In this document: in pieces, positions 40,647-50,772 of the stretch
Numbering within the stretch: the first letter of the stretch is position 1
Layout of the letters: each line of letters begins with the position of its first letter
Source of the DNA: a virus
Virus record (IMG/VR): IMGVR_UViG_3300027704_000017
Location: 5,034-69,033 of that record
Reading direction: 5' to 3' (one strand)
Length of the DNA: 64,000 nt
Notes under the pieces: generated by a model
The model's database searches: none
What the model was told of the DNA's origin: nothing
Seen by the model: the letters and a program-made list of their open reading frames with translations, nothing else
Position numbers and translations under genes: made by a program

Positions 40647-41466
40647 ATAATTTTCTCTTTAAAGTGTTAACTGCTTTTTGATTTAAGGCTCCAGGATCTG
40701 TATCCTTGAGGCATATGTTTCGATGTGCTAAGCCTACTTGCTCACACATCTCCTTTACACGCTCTGCTGCGTGTTGTCCTGCATCATCTCCGTCAAAGAA
40801 AACATCTATACTATCTACTCCTTGAATGGAGAGCATCCGTAGTTTATCTTCATTGATATTCTTAGTACCAAAGGTACAAACTGCATTAGTTAGCCCTTTG
40901 TCTTGTAAATTTACCATATCGTATATACCTTCTACTAGGATGACTTTACCTTGTATTGGTACTACTATAGGGAACAAAGGCATCTTAGCACCCGCAGGCG
41001 AGATCATATACTTAGGCGTACCACCTGTAGTGTGACGACCATTAAAGGCTACTATTCTACCTGATATATCCCTGATAGGGAAGTTTATTCTACCTATGAA
41101 GTTTGCATCGTGCTGTTGAAATGCCTCGAACCTCTTATAAGTAGCTGGCTTAATATCACGCCAGTCTCCAACGTAGGGTACTGCACCCTTGGGAAAAGAC
41201 AAACCAACCGACTCTGACCTCTTATCTTTAATTTTTTTCTTTAAAAGTTCTCGTCTGAGTTGTAGTTGATTTGCCTTTTCCCCAAAGTGCGAAAAGACGT
41301 TGCCTTTGTACTCACAGGAAAAACACTGGTATATGCCTGTGATGTTGTCAATCCTCATACTAGGATTTCTATCTGCGTGCTCAGGATTAAAGCAGCTTAC
41401 TAGGTAATCTGCTCCTTTCGGTATGAAATAAATGTCACGTTGTTTTAGTAGTTCTTCTACTGTCAC
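40639..41466 (-). CDS. DNA primase
   Basis: C..H...C..C zinc finger; VEGIYD, FDGDDAG TOPRIM. Confidence 0.92.
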   Translation of the reverse strand: MTVEELLKQRDIYFIPKGADYLVSCFNPEHADRNPSMRIDNITGIYQCFSCEYKGNVFSHFGEKANQLQLRRELLKKKIKDKRSESVGLSFPKGAVPYVGDWRDIKPATYKRFEAFQQHDANFIGRINFPIRDISGRIVAFNGRHTTGGTPKYMISPAGAKMPLFPIVVPIQGKVILVEGIYDMVNLQDKGLTNAVCTFGTKNINEDKLRMLSIQGVDSIDVFFDGDDAGQHAAERVKEMCEQVGLAHRNICLKDTDPGALNQKAVNTLKRKLYG

Positions 41467-41744
41467 CGACCGATATCCTTTATGTTATCTGCACTAATTA
41501 CTTGGTATGCGCCCTTGTTATAAGCAGGGGCTATTGTGAATTTGGAACCTTCTGTATATGAACGGTCTGGGGCTTCGCAATCCCCGCCTATAGCACTAGC
41601 AGACTTATACTCTACTGTATCTCTACGATAGGTATCTGAGTCTTCCAATGCTTGAAACTTAGGGGTATACTTACGAGGCTTAGGCAAGGCTTTCCGCCTA
41701 CGACCTGAGGTTGTGAATCTTAAACTGCCAAACGTGTGTGCCAT
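41463..41744 (-). CDS. Hypothetical phage protein
   Basis: IAPAYNKGAYQVI motif; own promoter and RBS. Confidence 0.7.
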   Translation of the reverse strand: MAHTFGSLRFTTSGRRRKALPKPRKYTPKFQALEDSDTYRRDTVEYKSASAIGGDCEAPDRSYTEGSKFTIAPAYNKGAYQVISADNIKDIGR

Positions 41745-41770
41745 ATGCGCTCCTCTGTTTACGAAGAACT

Positions 41771-41799
41771 ATTATACTGAACTTTGGCTTACTTGTCAA
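41771..41799 (-). promoter_or_regulatory. sigma70-type promoter
   Basis: TTGACA-17bp-TATAAT. Confidence 0.85.
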
Positions 41800-41807
41800 G
41801 AACTATT

Positions 41808-43154
41808 TTAAAGATCGTGGACGTCTTCGCCCGTTTTATGGGATGAATCGTCTTTCTCTTGAGGCGTCAAGGCGGACTCGGGACCGATTTTTAGAGTATC
41901 CCAGTCCACAGTTGAGGTGAACGAATCCATGCCTCCTCTACGCATCTTCACACAGTTCAGAGTGATACAAGCATCCTCATGATCCCATGTTTCTAACGTA
42001 TAGGCCGCATCAGCAGCATCTAGGATGCCTTTTGCGAAACGTGCTTCTCCACTTGCGTCTGTTTGATATGGTGTCATAACAGTACAGTTGTACTCTTGTG
42101 CCATTTCTTTGAGGGCTTTACTAACTTCTATCTGCTCAGTCCAGTCATACTGACCACCTCTATTGGGAAGACTCGACCGCTTTACTTGGTTTATATAGTC
42201 AACAATAATGATACCTACGTTCAACGGACGAACTTTTTTATCAAGCTCGGCACGAATCTTAGCAAGGGTCAAAGAAGGTTCATAGATAACGTCAAGTTGC
42301 TGAGTCGGGAGGAGCTCACCTTCTTTAAGTCTAGTATGAAACTTACTAAAATCACGATGTTGTTTATATTCTTTCAAACGGTCTTGCCCCAACACGAAGC
42401 GTTCAGACCACCAGGTAGCTACCTTATCCCATTCAACAATACTAAGATTCTTAGTACGCAGACGAGAGAAGGGAACACCAGTGGCGATTGAACAGCACCG
42501 CTGTATGATATCTCTGCTATCCATCTCAATAGTGAAATACATAGCAGATTTACCAGAAGCGATAACACTGTTAGCAATGTTTGCACATATAACTGACTTA
42601 CCAGCTCCACGCTTACCACCAACCATTACAAGATCCTTGGGAGAAAATTGTACTGAGTGGTCGTACTCGGCATTAAGTCCGAGAGGTATGTACTTAGCTA
42701 TATCTTCTTCTGGTTCAAACAAGTCAATACGTTGCATACTTTCTTGTGGATCTTCCAAATCAACTCTACCTTCTATGTCTAAGACAATTTGATGTAGGTG
42801 ATCGACAGACTCTTGTGCATCCTCAAACGCAACAGAGTTATCAATGAAATCTTCCAATGAATCCAGAATTTGTTTTTGAGTATACTCGTTCTTCAGATAT
42901 TCGAGAAGCATATATGGTTCTGAATCGACCTGAACGGCCTCAACAGCATATAATTTATCTCTAGTATCTGAATCACGGATCTCAAGTTTCAGGTCTTCAA
43001 TCGAGGGCATCTTATGAAATGTCTCGCAATGCTTTTCAATAACCCCGTAGAGGCTATGGTACTCTGCTGGCATATAATGCTTGTGAGTAACAGACCAAGT
43101 CTCAAAGTCTTGGACGGTCAGCACTTGCTTTATAAGCGCACTTGCAATATTCAA
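41808..43154 (-). CDS. Replicative DnaB-like helicase
   Basis: GKRGAGKS, FTIEM, IVDYINQ; probably TTG start. Confidence 0.9.
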   Translation of the reverse strand: MNIASALIKQVLTVQDFETWSVTHKHYMPAEYHSLYGVIEKHCETFHKMPSIEDLKLEIRDSDTRDKLYAVEAVQVDSEPYMLLEYLKNEYTQKQILDSLEDFIDNSVAFEDAQESVDHLHQIVLDIEGRVDLEDPQESMQRIDLFEPEEDIAKYIPLGLNAEYDHSVQFSPKDLVMVGGKRGAGKSVICANIANSVIASGKSAMYFTIEMDSRDIIQRCCSIATGVPFSRLRTKNLSIVEWDKVATWWSERFVLGQDRLKEYKQHRDFSKFHTRLKEGELLPTQQLDVIYEPSLTLAKIRAELDKKVRPLNVGIIIVDYINQVKRSSLPNRGGQYDWTEQIEVSKALKEMAQEYNCTVMTPYQTDASGEARFAKGILDAADAAYTLETWDHEDACITLNCVKMRRGGMDSFTSTVDWDTLKIGPESALTPQEKDDSSHKTGEDVHDL

Positions 43155-43234
43155 TGAGATTCTCCCGAAATCATTACCTGAAAAAGTGAGCAGACCCCGA
43201 AGAGCCTGCTCGTTGAAACTATACTAGATAGTTA

Positions 43235-43960
43235 TTAGCCAGCTGCTTTAGCAGACTTGGCCGCGCCATCATAGTCGGCGGCACTAATGCCTCGACGAGT
43301 TAGCATAGTCTTAACGCCACGAGCAGTTTTACCAATTGACTCAGCAATTGCTTCAACAGTCATGCCACCGATATCAGAAAGTGAGGCCAATGGATCTTCT
43401 TTAGAAGCGCCTTTGGTAGTTTCCTGACGGGGGATAGCGTCAATGTCACCAGAGCGAAGCAAGCTAAGAGCTTTACCACGTACTGAGTTGACAGAACGAT
43501 CAAGAGCATCAGCAATAGCTTCAACAAATGCACCGTCTTGAACCATACCAACAAAAGTTACTTCTTCTTCTGGGCTATACGTGCGTACAGCTTCGACTTT
43601 AGGAGCAGGCTTTACATGGCCGGTTAGTTCCATAGACAAAATCTTGCCTTGGATTGACTTAGCAGAAAAGTGACCATCTTCAAAATGACCAGCGATCTCA
43701 GCATAAGTATATTCACCACTGTTGTCTGCAACGAATGCAGCTAGAGTAGCTTCTTGAGCATCAGTAAAGGCACGGGTAGCACCGGCTGAAGCTAATTCTA
43801 CATCAAAGCCCATCTTTCGCAGTTTGCTAGAGATAGAACGAGTAGAGGTTTCAAGCTGGTCAGCTGCTTCTGCAACAGTAGCTTGTGTAATTGGGCTTTC
43901 GCCACCGACAAAATCGGTTAGTTGAGCTGTACGCTCATCAGTCCACTTAGGTAAGGACAT
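43235..43960 (-). CDS. DNA-binding protein (T5 D5-like)
   Basis: Repeated HTH units RSISSKL/KSIQGKI/NSVRGKA; KTMLTRRG..ADYDGAAK. Confidence 0.85.
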   Translation of the reverse strand: MSLPKWTDERTAQLTDFVGGESPITQATVAEAADQLETSTRSISSKLRKMGFDVELASAGATRAFTDAQEATLAAFVADNSGEYTYAEIAGHFEDGHFSAKSIQGKILSMELTGHVKPAPKVEAVRTYSPEEEVTFVGMVQDGAFVEAIADALDRSVNSVRGKALSLLRSGDIDAIPRQETTKGASKEDPLASLSDIGGMTVEAIAESIGKTARGVKTMLTRRGISAADYDGAAKSAKAAG

Positions 43961-43964
43961 ATTT

Positions 43965-44714
43965 TTATTCTCCAATGAATTCTAAAAGGTTAGTTACAAT
44001 TTGAACGCCAGCATCTCTGGCCTTCTTGGTTTTTGCGGACTCTATTCCGCTTTCGTTTACTAGGATTGTTACATCCTTTGTTAAGCTAGATTTGTGACCA
44101 TACCCAACTTCTTCAAGTGCCGCGTGAGCCAAAGCCTTAGTTTTATAACTAACCAGCTTACCTGTGATACATACTGTACCCAGAGCTGTAGGCTTGCTAC
44201 TAGGAGCGTCAAACTTGAAACTAAATGGTAGATTACCTAGCAGGTAGAACTCTTCGTCTAGCCATGCTAATAGGTTGGCTGTAGACTTCTCACCTAGGCC
44301 AGCCTCTTTACAAGTATCGTAGTCTATTTCATCAATATCTGTACAAACTTTTGATAATTTTGCTGATGCTGTTTTGCCTATTAGTGGAATACTAAAAGCC
44401 GGTAATAGCACATTTAGAGGTGCACCAGTGGAACGCTGAATCTCAGCATACAACTTCTCGCCTAGCTTCAAGGAGCCAAGACCTTCAGAGCAGTCATCTA
44501 AATCTAAACGGTACAGCTCATCAAGAGACTGAATATCTAGTTTTTGTACTGCTACTGGGCCAAGACCTTTGATCTTGAGGGTACTAGCGAAATGCTCCAT
44601 GAGCTTCGATATCTTTGTTCCACAGGATGCGTTTCTACAATATAAGAGTTGATTGACTACTTCTAACACCGAACTACACGAGGGGCAGTTTGTTGGGGCT
44701 TCGATTGTGGTCAT
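43965..44714 (-). CDS. NAD-dependent DNA ligase subunit B (Zn finger, HhH, BRCT)
   Basis: PTNCPSC...C...C, IKGLG, VCITGKL, KTKKA. Confidence 0.9.
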   Translation of the reverse strand: MTTIEAPTNCPSCSSVLEVVNQLLYCRNASCGTKISKLMEHFASTLKIKGLGPVAVQKLDIQSLDELYRLDLDDCSEGLGSLKLGEKLYAEIQRSTGAPLNVLLPAFSIPLIGKTASAKLSKVCTDIDEIDYDTCKEAGLGEKSTANLLAWLDEEFYLLGNLPFSFKFDAPSSKPTALGTVCITGKLVSYKTKALAHAALEEVGYGHKSSLTKDVTILVNESGIESAKTKKARDAGVQIVTNLLEFIGE

Positions 44715-44740
44715 TTAGTTTCCTCTCAAATTGAATATGT

Positions 44741-44769
44741 ATTATACGGAACTTTGGGTTTGTAGTCAA
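44741..44769 (-). promoter_or_regulatory. sigma70-type promoter
   Basis: TTGACT-17bp-TATAAT. Confidence 0.85.
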
Positions 44770-44793
44770 GAACTATTTTTGCGAAGGTAGCAA

Positions 44794-45723
44794 TCAATCT
44801 ATGCGTCTTACGACACGAGGTATGATCTCTCCTGAGCGTATTACTTCTACACTACAACCTATCTCAAGGTTGAGGTCGCGTATATACTCAATGTTGTGTA
44901 GTGTAGCCCTAGCAACAACCGCATCACCAATCGTAATCGGGGACAGGATTGCTACAGGACTTACAACCCCACTCTTGCCTATCTGCCATACGACATCTAG
45001 GAGAGTAGTCTCCACGCCAGTGGCTTGTTCTTTAAGAGCAAACGCACCGCGAGGATGTTTAGCAGTGTGACCCAAGTCTCTAAACTTGTTGCCATCCCAT
45101 AACTTGTATACTGTACCATCCGTAGGATAGCGAGTACAATCGAACAAGGTTACAACATTAAAGCCACAACCATGACGAAGCCAGTTCATCTCCTCAGAGT
45201 AGTTATCATAAAGATTACTACTATCATAGGCTACAAAGACCAAGGGCCTTTGCATGAACTCTTCAAGACCCTTGAGTCCTTTAAGTCCGAGAGATCCCGA
45301 AGCAAAGTTACGAGAATTTGTAACACTACTTGGAGCAACAACTTCACCTGTAATCTGAACAACACCTGAGTACTTAATAATATTAGGTACTAAATGCTTC
45401 ATCTTATCAGTGATGTCTCTACCATGTATGCCGTCACCGCGTGTTAACGCTAACGCTAACTCACCGTTGACATATAGAATAGATACTGCTGCTCCATCTA
45501 GTTTAGGGGATACTATGCATTCAAGAATGTTAATCGGAGCTTTAGTAATGTCAAAACACTTCTGCAACGAATACATTTGGTATGTATGTGGCACTGCATC
45601 AGTAACCTCATACCCAACTGTCGTGTAGTTATGTTTAGTTGCTAGGAAGTCAAACTCCGCATCTGAAAGAAGAGGAGTACCTTCGTAGTATAACTTACTT
45701 GCCCGATCTAAAAACTCTCGCAT
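44794..45723 (-). CDS. ligA: NAD-dependent DNA ligase subunit A (adenylation + OB)
   Basis: KLDG, TRGDG, ATLHN, RSGEIIP. Confidence 0.92.
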   Translation of the reverse strand: MREFLDRASKLYYEGTPLLSDAEFDFLATKHNYTTVGYEVTDAVPHTYQMYSLQKCFDITKAPINILECIVSPKLDGAAVSILYVNGELALALTRGDGIHGRDITDKMKHLVPNIIKYSGVVQITGEVVAPSSVTNSRNFASGSLGLKGLKGLEEFMQRPLVFVAYDSSNLYDNYSEEMNWLRHGCGFNVVTLFDCTRYPTDGTVYKLWDGNKFRDLGHTAKHPRGAFALKEQATGVETTLLDVVWQIGKSGVVSPVAILSPITIGDAVVARATLHNIEYIRDLNLEIGCSVEVIRSGEIIPRVVRRID

Positions 45724-45748
45724 ATTATTTCCCTAAATAAGAAAGTTT

Positions 45749-45777
45749 ATTATACGCAGTTTTAAGATAAGAGTCAA
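45749..45777 (-). promoter_or_regulatory. sigma70-type promoter
   Basis: TTGACT-17bp-TATAAT. Confidence 0.85.
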
Positions 45778-45780
45778 GAA

Positions 45781-46080
45781 CTATTTATACAGATCCTTAA
45801 TTAAATCTAAAAAATGTTCCTCAACCATTTCTTTTGACTCTGCTAGTGATAGTATCTCTACCAACCCCATAAACATCTCGCGTGAGTTACTAAGATCAAG
45901 TGGCATTGCTACACCTTCAGGCGTAGGTTTCCATTCTTCATCGAAGTCCATGTAGTATTTACGCAAATGCAAATACTCTATGCCACGAAAGGTATTGATG
46001 GTTAGTCTAACCTGAACTTCCTTGAGAGAGTCATAATGTATTACACGGGAGTAGGCTTCAGGAGCCTCGTGTAAGTCCAT
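45781..46080 (-). CDS. PC4/YdbC-like ssDNA-binding protein
   Basis: FRGIEYLHLRKYY...WKPTPEGV. Confidence 0.75.
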   Translation of the reverse strand: MDLHEAPEAYSRVIHYDSLKEVQVRLTINTFRGIEYLHLRKYYMDFDEEWKPTPEGVAMPLDLSNSREMFMGLVEILSLAESKEMVEEHFLDLIKDLYK

Positions 46081-46352
46081 TACGGTCTCCTATCGTTTTT
46101 CAAGATAGATGAGAGAGGTACTACACTAGATACACTTCCGGGCTTTAATAAACGGTACGAATCAGTATCCCAGCAAAAGAACAGAAGAGTATCATCTGTT
46201 TCTGAAGCGCGATTCTTTTTCTTCTGTATATAGGGCGTAGAGAAGTCGAGAGTACAAACATTGTATTTTAACTTTCTGGAGTGCTCACTACGATAGGTAA
46301 TGATAGCGTCTCCATAATCATGCACTAACTGTGCCAGTTCTTGCTTTTTCAC
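46080..46352 (-). CDS. Conserved T5-like hypothetical protein
   Basis: YNVCTLDF, FCWDTDSYR; GTG start likely. Confidence 0.7.
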   Translation of the reverse strand: MKKQELAQLVHDYGDAIITYRSEHSRKLKYNVCTLDFSTPYIQKKKNRASETDDTLLFFCWDTDSYRLLKPGSVSSVVPLSSILKNDRRP

Positions 46353-46427
46353 TATAGTTTCCTTCTGGTAGTAGTTTAGCAATCATTATTACTATGTACT
46401 TACTCAGAGGTGATTTATAGTAGATGC

Positions 46428-46463
46428 AAAAAAGCCCCACTAGGCGAACCTAGTGAGGTTTTT
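46428..46463 (-). terminator. Intrinsic terminator after D3
   Basis: Minus strand CCTCACTAGG-TTCG-CCTAGTGGGG-CTTTTTT. Confidence 0.8.
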
Positions 46464-46469
46464 GTTTTA

Positions 46470-46823
46470 TTACTCTTCGTTTGAAAGAAGAGTAGTAAAG
46501 TACTGTGCCGCTTTGCCTGTCAACTTAGAGATAATCTCTTCGTCAACTGCTTTGCCTGCATCAGTGATCGCGGCAGTAAGAGCTTCTTGAGCTGCTACTT
46601 TAGAAACACGAGTGCCTCCAGTAGAGCCTGTTGATGCTGCTTTTGCTGCGGGGGTCTTTTTAACGTAGACGCCAGCCTTTGTTAAAATCATACGAACACC
46701 ATTTGGTGATTCGTCTAGTTCTTCTGCAATGTCTTTTACGATCTCCATAGATGTTTCTGGAGTAGGTGATGCTGCTTCGTATAGAGTTACTGCTTCTGCT
46801 TTTTTATCGTCATCCCAAGCCAC
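46470..46823 (-). CDS. DNA-binding protein (T5 D3-like)
   Basis: ESPNGVRMILTKAGVYVKK, SKLTGKAA; GTG start. Confidence 0.8.
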   Translation of the reverse strand: MAWDDDKKAEAVTLYEAASPTPETSMEIVKDIAEELDESPNGVRMILTKAGVYVKKTPAAKAASTGSTGGTRVSKVAAQEALTAAITDAGKAVDEEIISKLTGKAAQYFTTLLSNEE

Positions 46824-46933
46824 TTTTCGTGTCCTCTTGTTAGGGTTTTTATTACCTGGACAATTGCCCAGAGTTTTAAGTTGCTGATTGTAAAATCGGT
46901 CGCCCATGGCTTCCTCTCTAAATTTGAAAGACT

Positions 46934-46962
46934 ATTATATGGGATTTTAAGCTCCACGTCAA
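46934..46962 (-). promoter_or_regulatory. sigma70-type promoter
   Basis: TTGACG-17bp-TATAAT. Confidence 0.8.
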
Positions 46963-46972
46963 GAAATATTTT

Positions 46973-47722
46973 TCATAACCTCTGCAAGTTTACACCATAC
47001 TTTTCTAAATGTAGTAGCTTGCCTAGCTCATACGCGGGAGCATACGCACTAAAACCGCCTGCTTGTACGCTAGAAAAGAAGGTGTCCTCACTATCTACAT
47101 CTTGTACTATATAAATTGCGTAACATGGACAGCCATACTTAGACTCATAGTCTACCACGGTCATGCCCTTCTTACTTTCAAGGAACTCTGGAGTCAGTCG
47201 TTCTTTAACTATTACTGTACTATGATACGTTGATGACCACGCTACTTCCCCGTAAGCGAAATCGTCTGACACACACTCATCAGGAAAATAATGAGGCGTT
47301 AGTCTTTCTTCTTTGTTTGCGGGTCGTGCCGGGACTCCAACTCTTTCAAGAATTGTTCGTACAAACCCTGCTGAACGAAAGAGTCGTTTTGAAATATCTG
47401 TAAGAGTATGTCCTCCGAGGAAATCTGTGCACGCTTCAGAGATTTCTGCATCACTCGCTGGACGACCCCGCAAAGCTGACTTACGTTTTTTAGTATATGC
47501 TTTTTGATCATTATGATCTTCTATAATCTTACTTAGCCTAGTAGTGTTGTAGGCAATGTTAAGGATGTCACACGCTTCTTTCTTACTTATTGGTTTTACC
47601 GTAGCTTGGTCCGAAGTAGGCTGGCCCGTTGAGCCAACTTTCGGAGGGTTCAGGAGTCCTATTACTTTGTCTATGTTCTGCTTCGTCAGGTTCTCGTAGC
47701 TTTTCTTCTTTACCCTTCCCAT
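46973..47722 (-). CDS. T5 D2-like DNA-binding protein
   Basis: SKKEACDILNIAYNTTRL, YELGKLLHL. Confidence 0.75.
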   Translation of the reverse strand: MGRVKKKSYENLTKQNIDKVIGLLNPPKVGSTGQPTSDQATVKPISKKEACDILNIAYNTTRLSKIIEDHNDQKAYTKKRKSALRGRPASDAEISEACTDFLGGHTLTDISKRLFRSAGFVRTILERVGVPARPANKEERLTPHYFPDECVSDDFAYGEVAWSSTYHSTVIVKERLTPEFLESKKGMTVVDYESKYGCPCYAIYIVQDVDSEDTFFSSVQAGGFSAYAPAYELGKLLHLEKYGVNLQRL

Positions 47723-48065
47723 CTTCTAACTCCAATTCTAATTTAAACATTAAACAGCAAATAGCGTGTGCTAGATGCGATAAGTTTGTTTCTGGATCTT
47801 CTAGCTCTCCATCCAGATGGGAGAATATGTGCCGAAGTGCACCGCCACTGTATCTATTCTGGGCATCTTCTAGCTTACGCCAGTTATCTTCATCATACTT
47901 AGCCGCACCAAAGGTCAATACTTTAGCTACTTCGACTGTAGCTTTTGGAGGTAGAAGATACATCTTAGGTTTCTCACTATCAAACTTCTTGCCTGGAGCC
48001 TCCCACTTCGGAAGCTCTCCGCTAGCAGCTACATTGATAAAGCCTTTTAAGTCTTTAATCTCCAT
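47583..48065 (-). CDS. dATP/dGTP diphosphohydrolase domain (DUF5664-like)
   Basis: KFDSEKP...LTFGAAKYDEDNW...RH...DPETNLSHLAHA. Confidence 0.85.
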   Translation of the reverse strand: MEIKDLKGFINVAASGELPKWEAPGKKFDSEKPKMYLLPPKATVEVAKVLTFGAAKYDEDNWRKLEDAQNRYSGGALRHIFSHLDGELEDPETNLSHLAHAICCLMFKLELELEDGKGKEEKLREPDEAEHRQSNRTPEPSESWLNGPAYFGPSYGKTNK

Positions 48066-48768
48066 GTACGAAGTCCTTAATCATAGGAAAGAACTTATTA
48101 ATTTCATATGCACACTCTCGTGCAATATTCATATGCTCTTTCTGAGTACCTGGTGTAGTGCGTACATCTACAAAGTGAATCCACGATCTTACAGTTCCTG
48201 ACATATAAAGACGAGTCTTTGTTAAGCCTTCTGGAAGTACGGCTCTGGCCTGCTCTTTAGCGATACCATTAGCTAAAGCCCAGTTATATGCACTAGAGGC
48301 GGCATCAATTACGCCCTTCTGTTGTGCTATCCAATGCTTATGTAAGAGATCGTCATCCGTTTCAACACTGTTCTGTCTGTTCTTAGCGTCTTGTAAGCGA
48401 CACTCTCGTAGCTCAAAAGGATAGCCCATCTCTTTTGGGTCTGCATATCTCTGGCTAAACTCCTGAAAAGCAAAACTACGGTGACGCACGATCTGGTGAG
48501 CAATATCCCTAGTAGTGTTAATCTCTATAGTAATACTAGCCATCTCAAAAGGTGACCAGTGGTTATGTTTAATTAGATACCGTACTAACTTCTCTGAAGT
48601 TTCAGTATTATACTGGTTACTAGGGTTTGATACTTGTTTAATTAGATACCGTACTAACTTCTCTGAAGTTTCAGTATTATACTGGTTACTAGGGTTTGAT
48701 ACTCTAGCCATCATTGCGATATCTTCTAATATGTTCTCTGCTGATGCTGATATTAATCTTACTGTCAT
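48055..48768 (-). CDS. thyX: Flavin-dependent thymidylate synthase (carries a 69-bp in-frame duplication)
   Basis: HWSPFE, RHRSFAFQEFSQRY, EQARAVLP. Confidence 0.93.
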   Translation of the reverse strand: MTVRLISASAENILEDIAMMARVSNPSNQYNTETSEKLVRYLIKQVSNPSNQYNTETSEKLVRYLIKHNHWSPFEMASITIEINTTRDIAHQIVRHRSFAFQEFSQRYADPKEMGYPFELRECRLQDAKNRQNSVETDDDLLHKHWIAQQKGVIDAASSAYNWALANGIAKEQARAVLPEGLTKTRLYMSGTVRSWIHFVDVRTTPGTQKEHMNIARECAYEINKFFPMIKDFVHGD

Positions 48769-48769
48769 T

Positions 48770-49363
48770 TTATTGTCCTGAAATTCTGTTGTCATAGTCG
48801 GCTAGTTCTTCGTCCCACCAGTGTGGTTTGTCTCTATGTTTCCACGCAGCGAACGTAGCTTTGTCGAGCATATAGAAATTGCGATAAGACTGTATAGGAT
48901 TATCATAGTCCTTTAACTCCTCTGTCATTGCCAGGGCGAACTTGGTGAAGCCGTGGTCTTCCATGTGTTTAGGTTCTGGCAAGGCTCTAAGCATTGCTAG
49001 ACTTTTATGATCACTACCATAACGATAGTGTGCTTCGCTACCGAGAGCAAAGGCGTAACAGTTTGTCCAGAAGTAATTTTCTAACGAAGAACGCACCCAT
49101 ACACAACTAGGATGGTTCTGCATAGTAGGCAGATACGGAAAGATGCGGTCTTCCATAGGAAGCTCTTTCTGTTGCTTACGAGTAGTCTGGAGAATAGCAT
49201 TCTCTTCTTTAGTGATAGCACGAGGAACAAAACCGAATAGATGATCTATCCAGAGATTTGTATTGATAAGCTGTGCGGCTTCTAGTATCATTTTGTTGAC
49301 GTGTTTATCAACATGAAACTCTGCACATTTGTCAAGGTCTTCGTCTAAGTAGAATAAATTCAT
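48770..49363 (-). CDS. Pyrimidine dimer DNA glycosylase / DenV-like family protein
   Basis: MNLFYLD...HVDKHVNKMILEAAQL, NHPSCVW. Confidence 0.75.
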   Translation of the reverse strand: MNLFYLDEDLDKCAEFHVDKHVNKMILEAAQLINTNLWIDHLFGFVPRAITKEENAILQTTRKQQKELPMEDRIFPYLPTMQNHPSCVWVRSSLENYFWTNCYAFALGSEAHYRYGSDHKSLAMLRALPEPKHMEDHGFTKFALAMTEELKDYDNPIQSYRNFYMLDKATFAAWKHRDKPHWWDEELADYDNRISGQ

Positions 49364-49389
49364 GTGGTACTCTCTGAAATTGAATATGT

Positions 49390-49418
49390 ATTATACGCAA
49401 TTTCAGAATGCTTGTCAA
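49390..49418 (-). promoter_or_regulatory. sigma70-type promoter
   Basis: TTGACA-17bp-TATAAT. Confidence 0.85.
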
Positions 49419-49421
49419 GAA

Positions 49422-50150
49422 CTATTCTTTCGTTGCTTCGGATCTTCCGTGTGTCCATACGACCCTAGGGGTAGGAATGAATTTGCTTTTATCTTCAAAG
49501 GTTCCTTTCCAATAAGTGTTGGGAAAGGTTAAAAGGTCTTTGTATATACGCTGTTCTACTTCAGGATCGTGAGCAGGATGTTGATCGCCTTCAGAAGGTC
49601 TCCACCCTACATAGTCTTGTCTTAGCAAGGGTATGTGCCAACTGGTTGCAATTGAGTCTTTCCCTGCACCGTCATCGTGGTACACAAACCAGTTACGAAA
49701 ACAATCGAAGTTAACCCATGTAAGACTTTTCCAACCAGAAACTCGGTTAGCCAACCAATGACTTGTAACACACCCTGCACTTAGTCGACGCCCTTCTTGT
49801 ATACCATAATCTTCTGCTAGTGCACAAATCTCTTCTTCCGTATACATCTGTAGATGATCTTCTTTTAATCTACCAAACTTCTTAGAGTACAGAGAATTGT
49901 TGAAGAGTATCTTTGTGTCCTTTGGGATATTAGTAACACTAGCCTGTCTTAACTGTCCTGTGACCCAAATATCTGTATAGTCACCTATATACCTGCCAGT
50001 CTTGTCGTTCGGGATACCTTTACCAAAGCGCAGAACTACGTCATGCTCGTTGATATAGTTACCATTTTCTACAGTCAGGGCGTTAAGATCGTTCCCTACT
50101 AGGATTATATCCTTGCCTCTGACGTACTCATTAAAATCTTCTAAAGTCAT
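49422..50150 (-). CDS. GT29 (sialyltransferase-like) glycosyltransferase
   Basis: IILVGN...INEHDVVLRFG...IGDYTD (sialylmotif L-like), RLSAG, H..EVE. Confidence 0.7.
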   Translation of the reverse strand: MTLEDFNEYVRGKDIILVGNDLNALTVENGNYINEHDVVLRFGKGIPNDKTGRYIGDYTDIWVTGQLRQASVTNIPKDTKILFNNSLYSKKFGRLKEDHLQMYTEEEICALAEDYGIQEGRRLSAGCVTSHWLANRVSGWKSLTWVNFDCFRNWFVYHDDGAGKDSIATSWHIPLLRQDYVGWRPSEGDQHPAHDPEVEQRIYKDLLTFPNTYWKGTFEDKSKFIPTPRVVWTHGRSEATKE

Positions 50151-50772
50151 TATAGTCCTCTGCGAATTCTTCTGTGGCATAGTCCCCGTAGAGAGGTGTA
50201 CCATCTGTAAAGTGTACTGCTACTGGGTCTTTTAGAAAGGAATAATAACCTACTAGATAATTAAATGTCTCTGGTAGGCTTCCTATTTCTCCTGTCCAAG
50301 TCATACGATGAAGCCAGGAAGCTTCTGCTTCGTTTATACACTCTACTGTTAGTTGTTTGAGGTGGGGGTGCGAGCAGTCGAAGTACATTAGAGAAGACCA
50401 CCATTTTCTAGGGTACCACTCGTTCTTGTGTTTCGAGAACTTCATATCCTCACGTACTTGCTTTACTAGATGTTTTACGCAGTTTACTGCTACATCTGGT
50501 TTTATGTGTAGTAGTATCTTAGCAGGGTCTTTTCTCCAGATGAAATCTCCATCACAGAAAAGGGCACCGCCTTGATAGTTACATAGATAAGGAACTAAAA
50601 AGCGAGTATAAGTAAACTCAGTGGAACCGTCTTCGTCCCTTGAGTACCCATGCTCGCTTTGAAGTTGTGCGCGATCCAGAAGTATAACTTCGTGACCGAA
50701 TTGTTTAATAGACTCCACACAAGCCTGTGTGTTCTCAGGCTGTCTGGAGTCGTGTCCTACAAATATCCTCAC
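50131..50772 (-). CDS. GT8-like glycosyltransferase
   Basis: IFVGHDSR, STEFTYTRFLVP, FCDGDF, WSSLMYF, HFTDGTP. Confidence 0.8.
   Translation of the reverse strand: MRIFVGHDSRQPENTQACVESIKQFGHEVILLDRAQLQSEHGYSRDEDGSTEFTYTRFLVPYLCNYQGGALFCDGDFIWRKDPAKILLHIKPDVAVNCVKHLVKQVREDMKFSKHKNEWYPRKWWSSLMYFDCSHPHLKQLTVECINEAEASWLHRMTWTGEIGSLPETFNYLVGYYSFLKDPVAVHFTDGTPLYGDYATEEFAEDYNDFRRF

Noticed and set aside
43965-45723. Split NAD ligase as a novelty
   Set aside because: Known feature of T5-like phages
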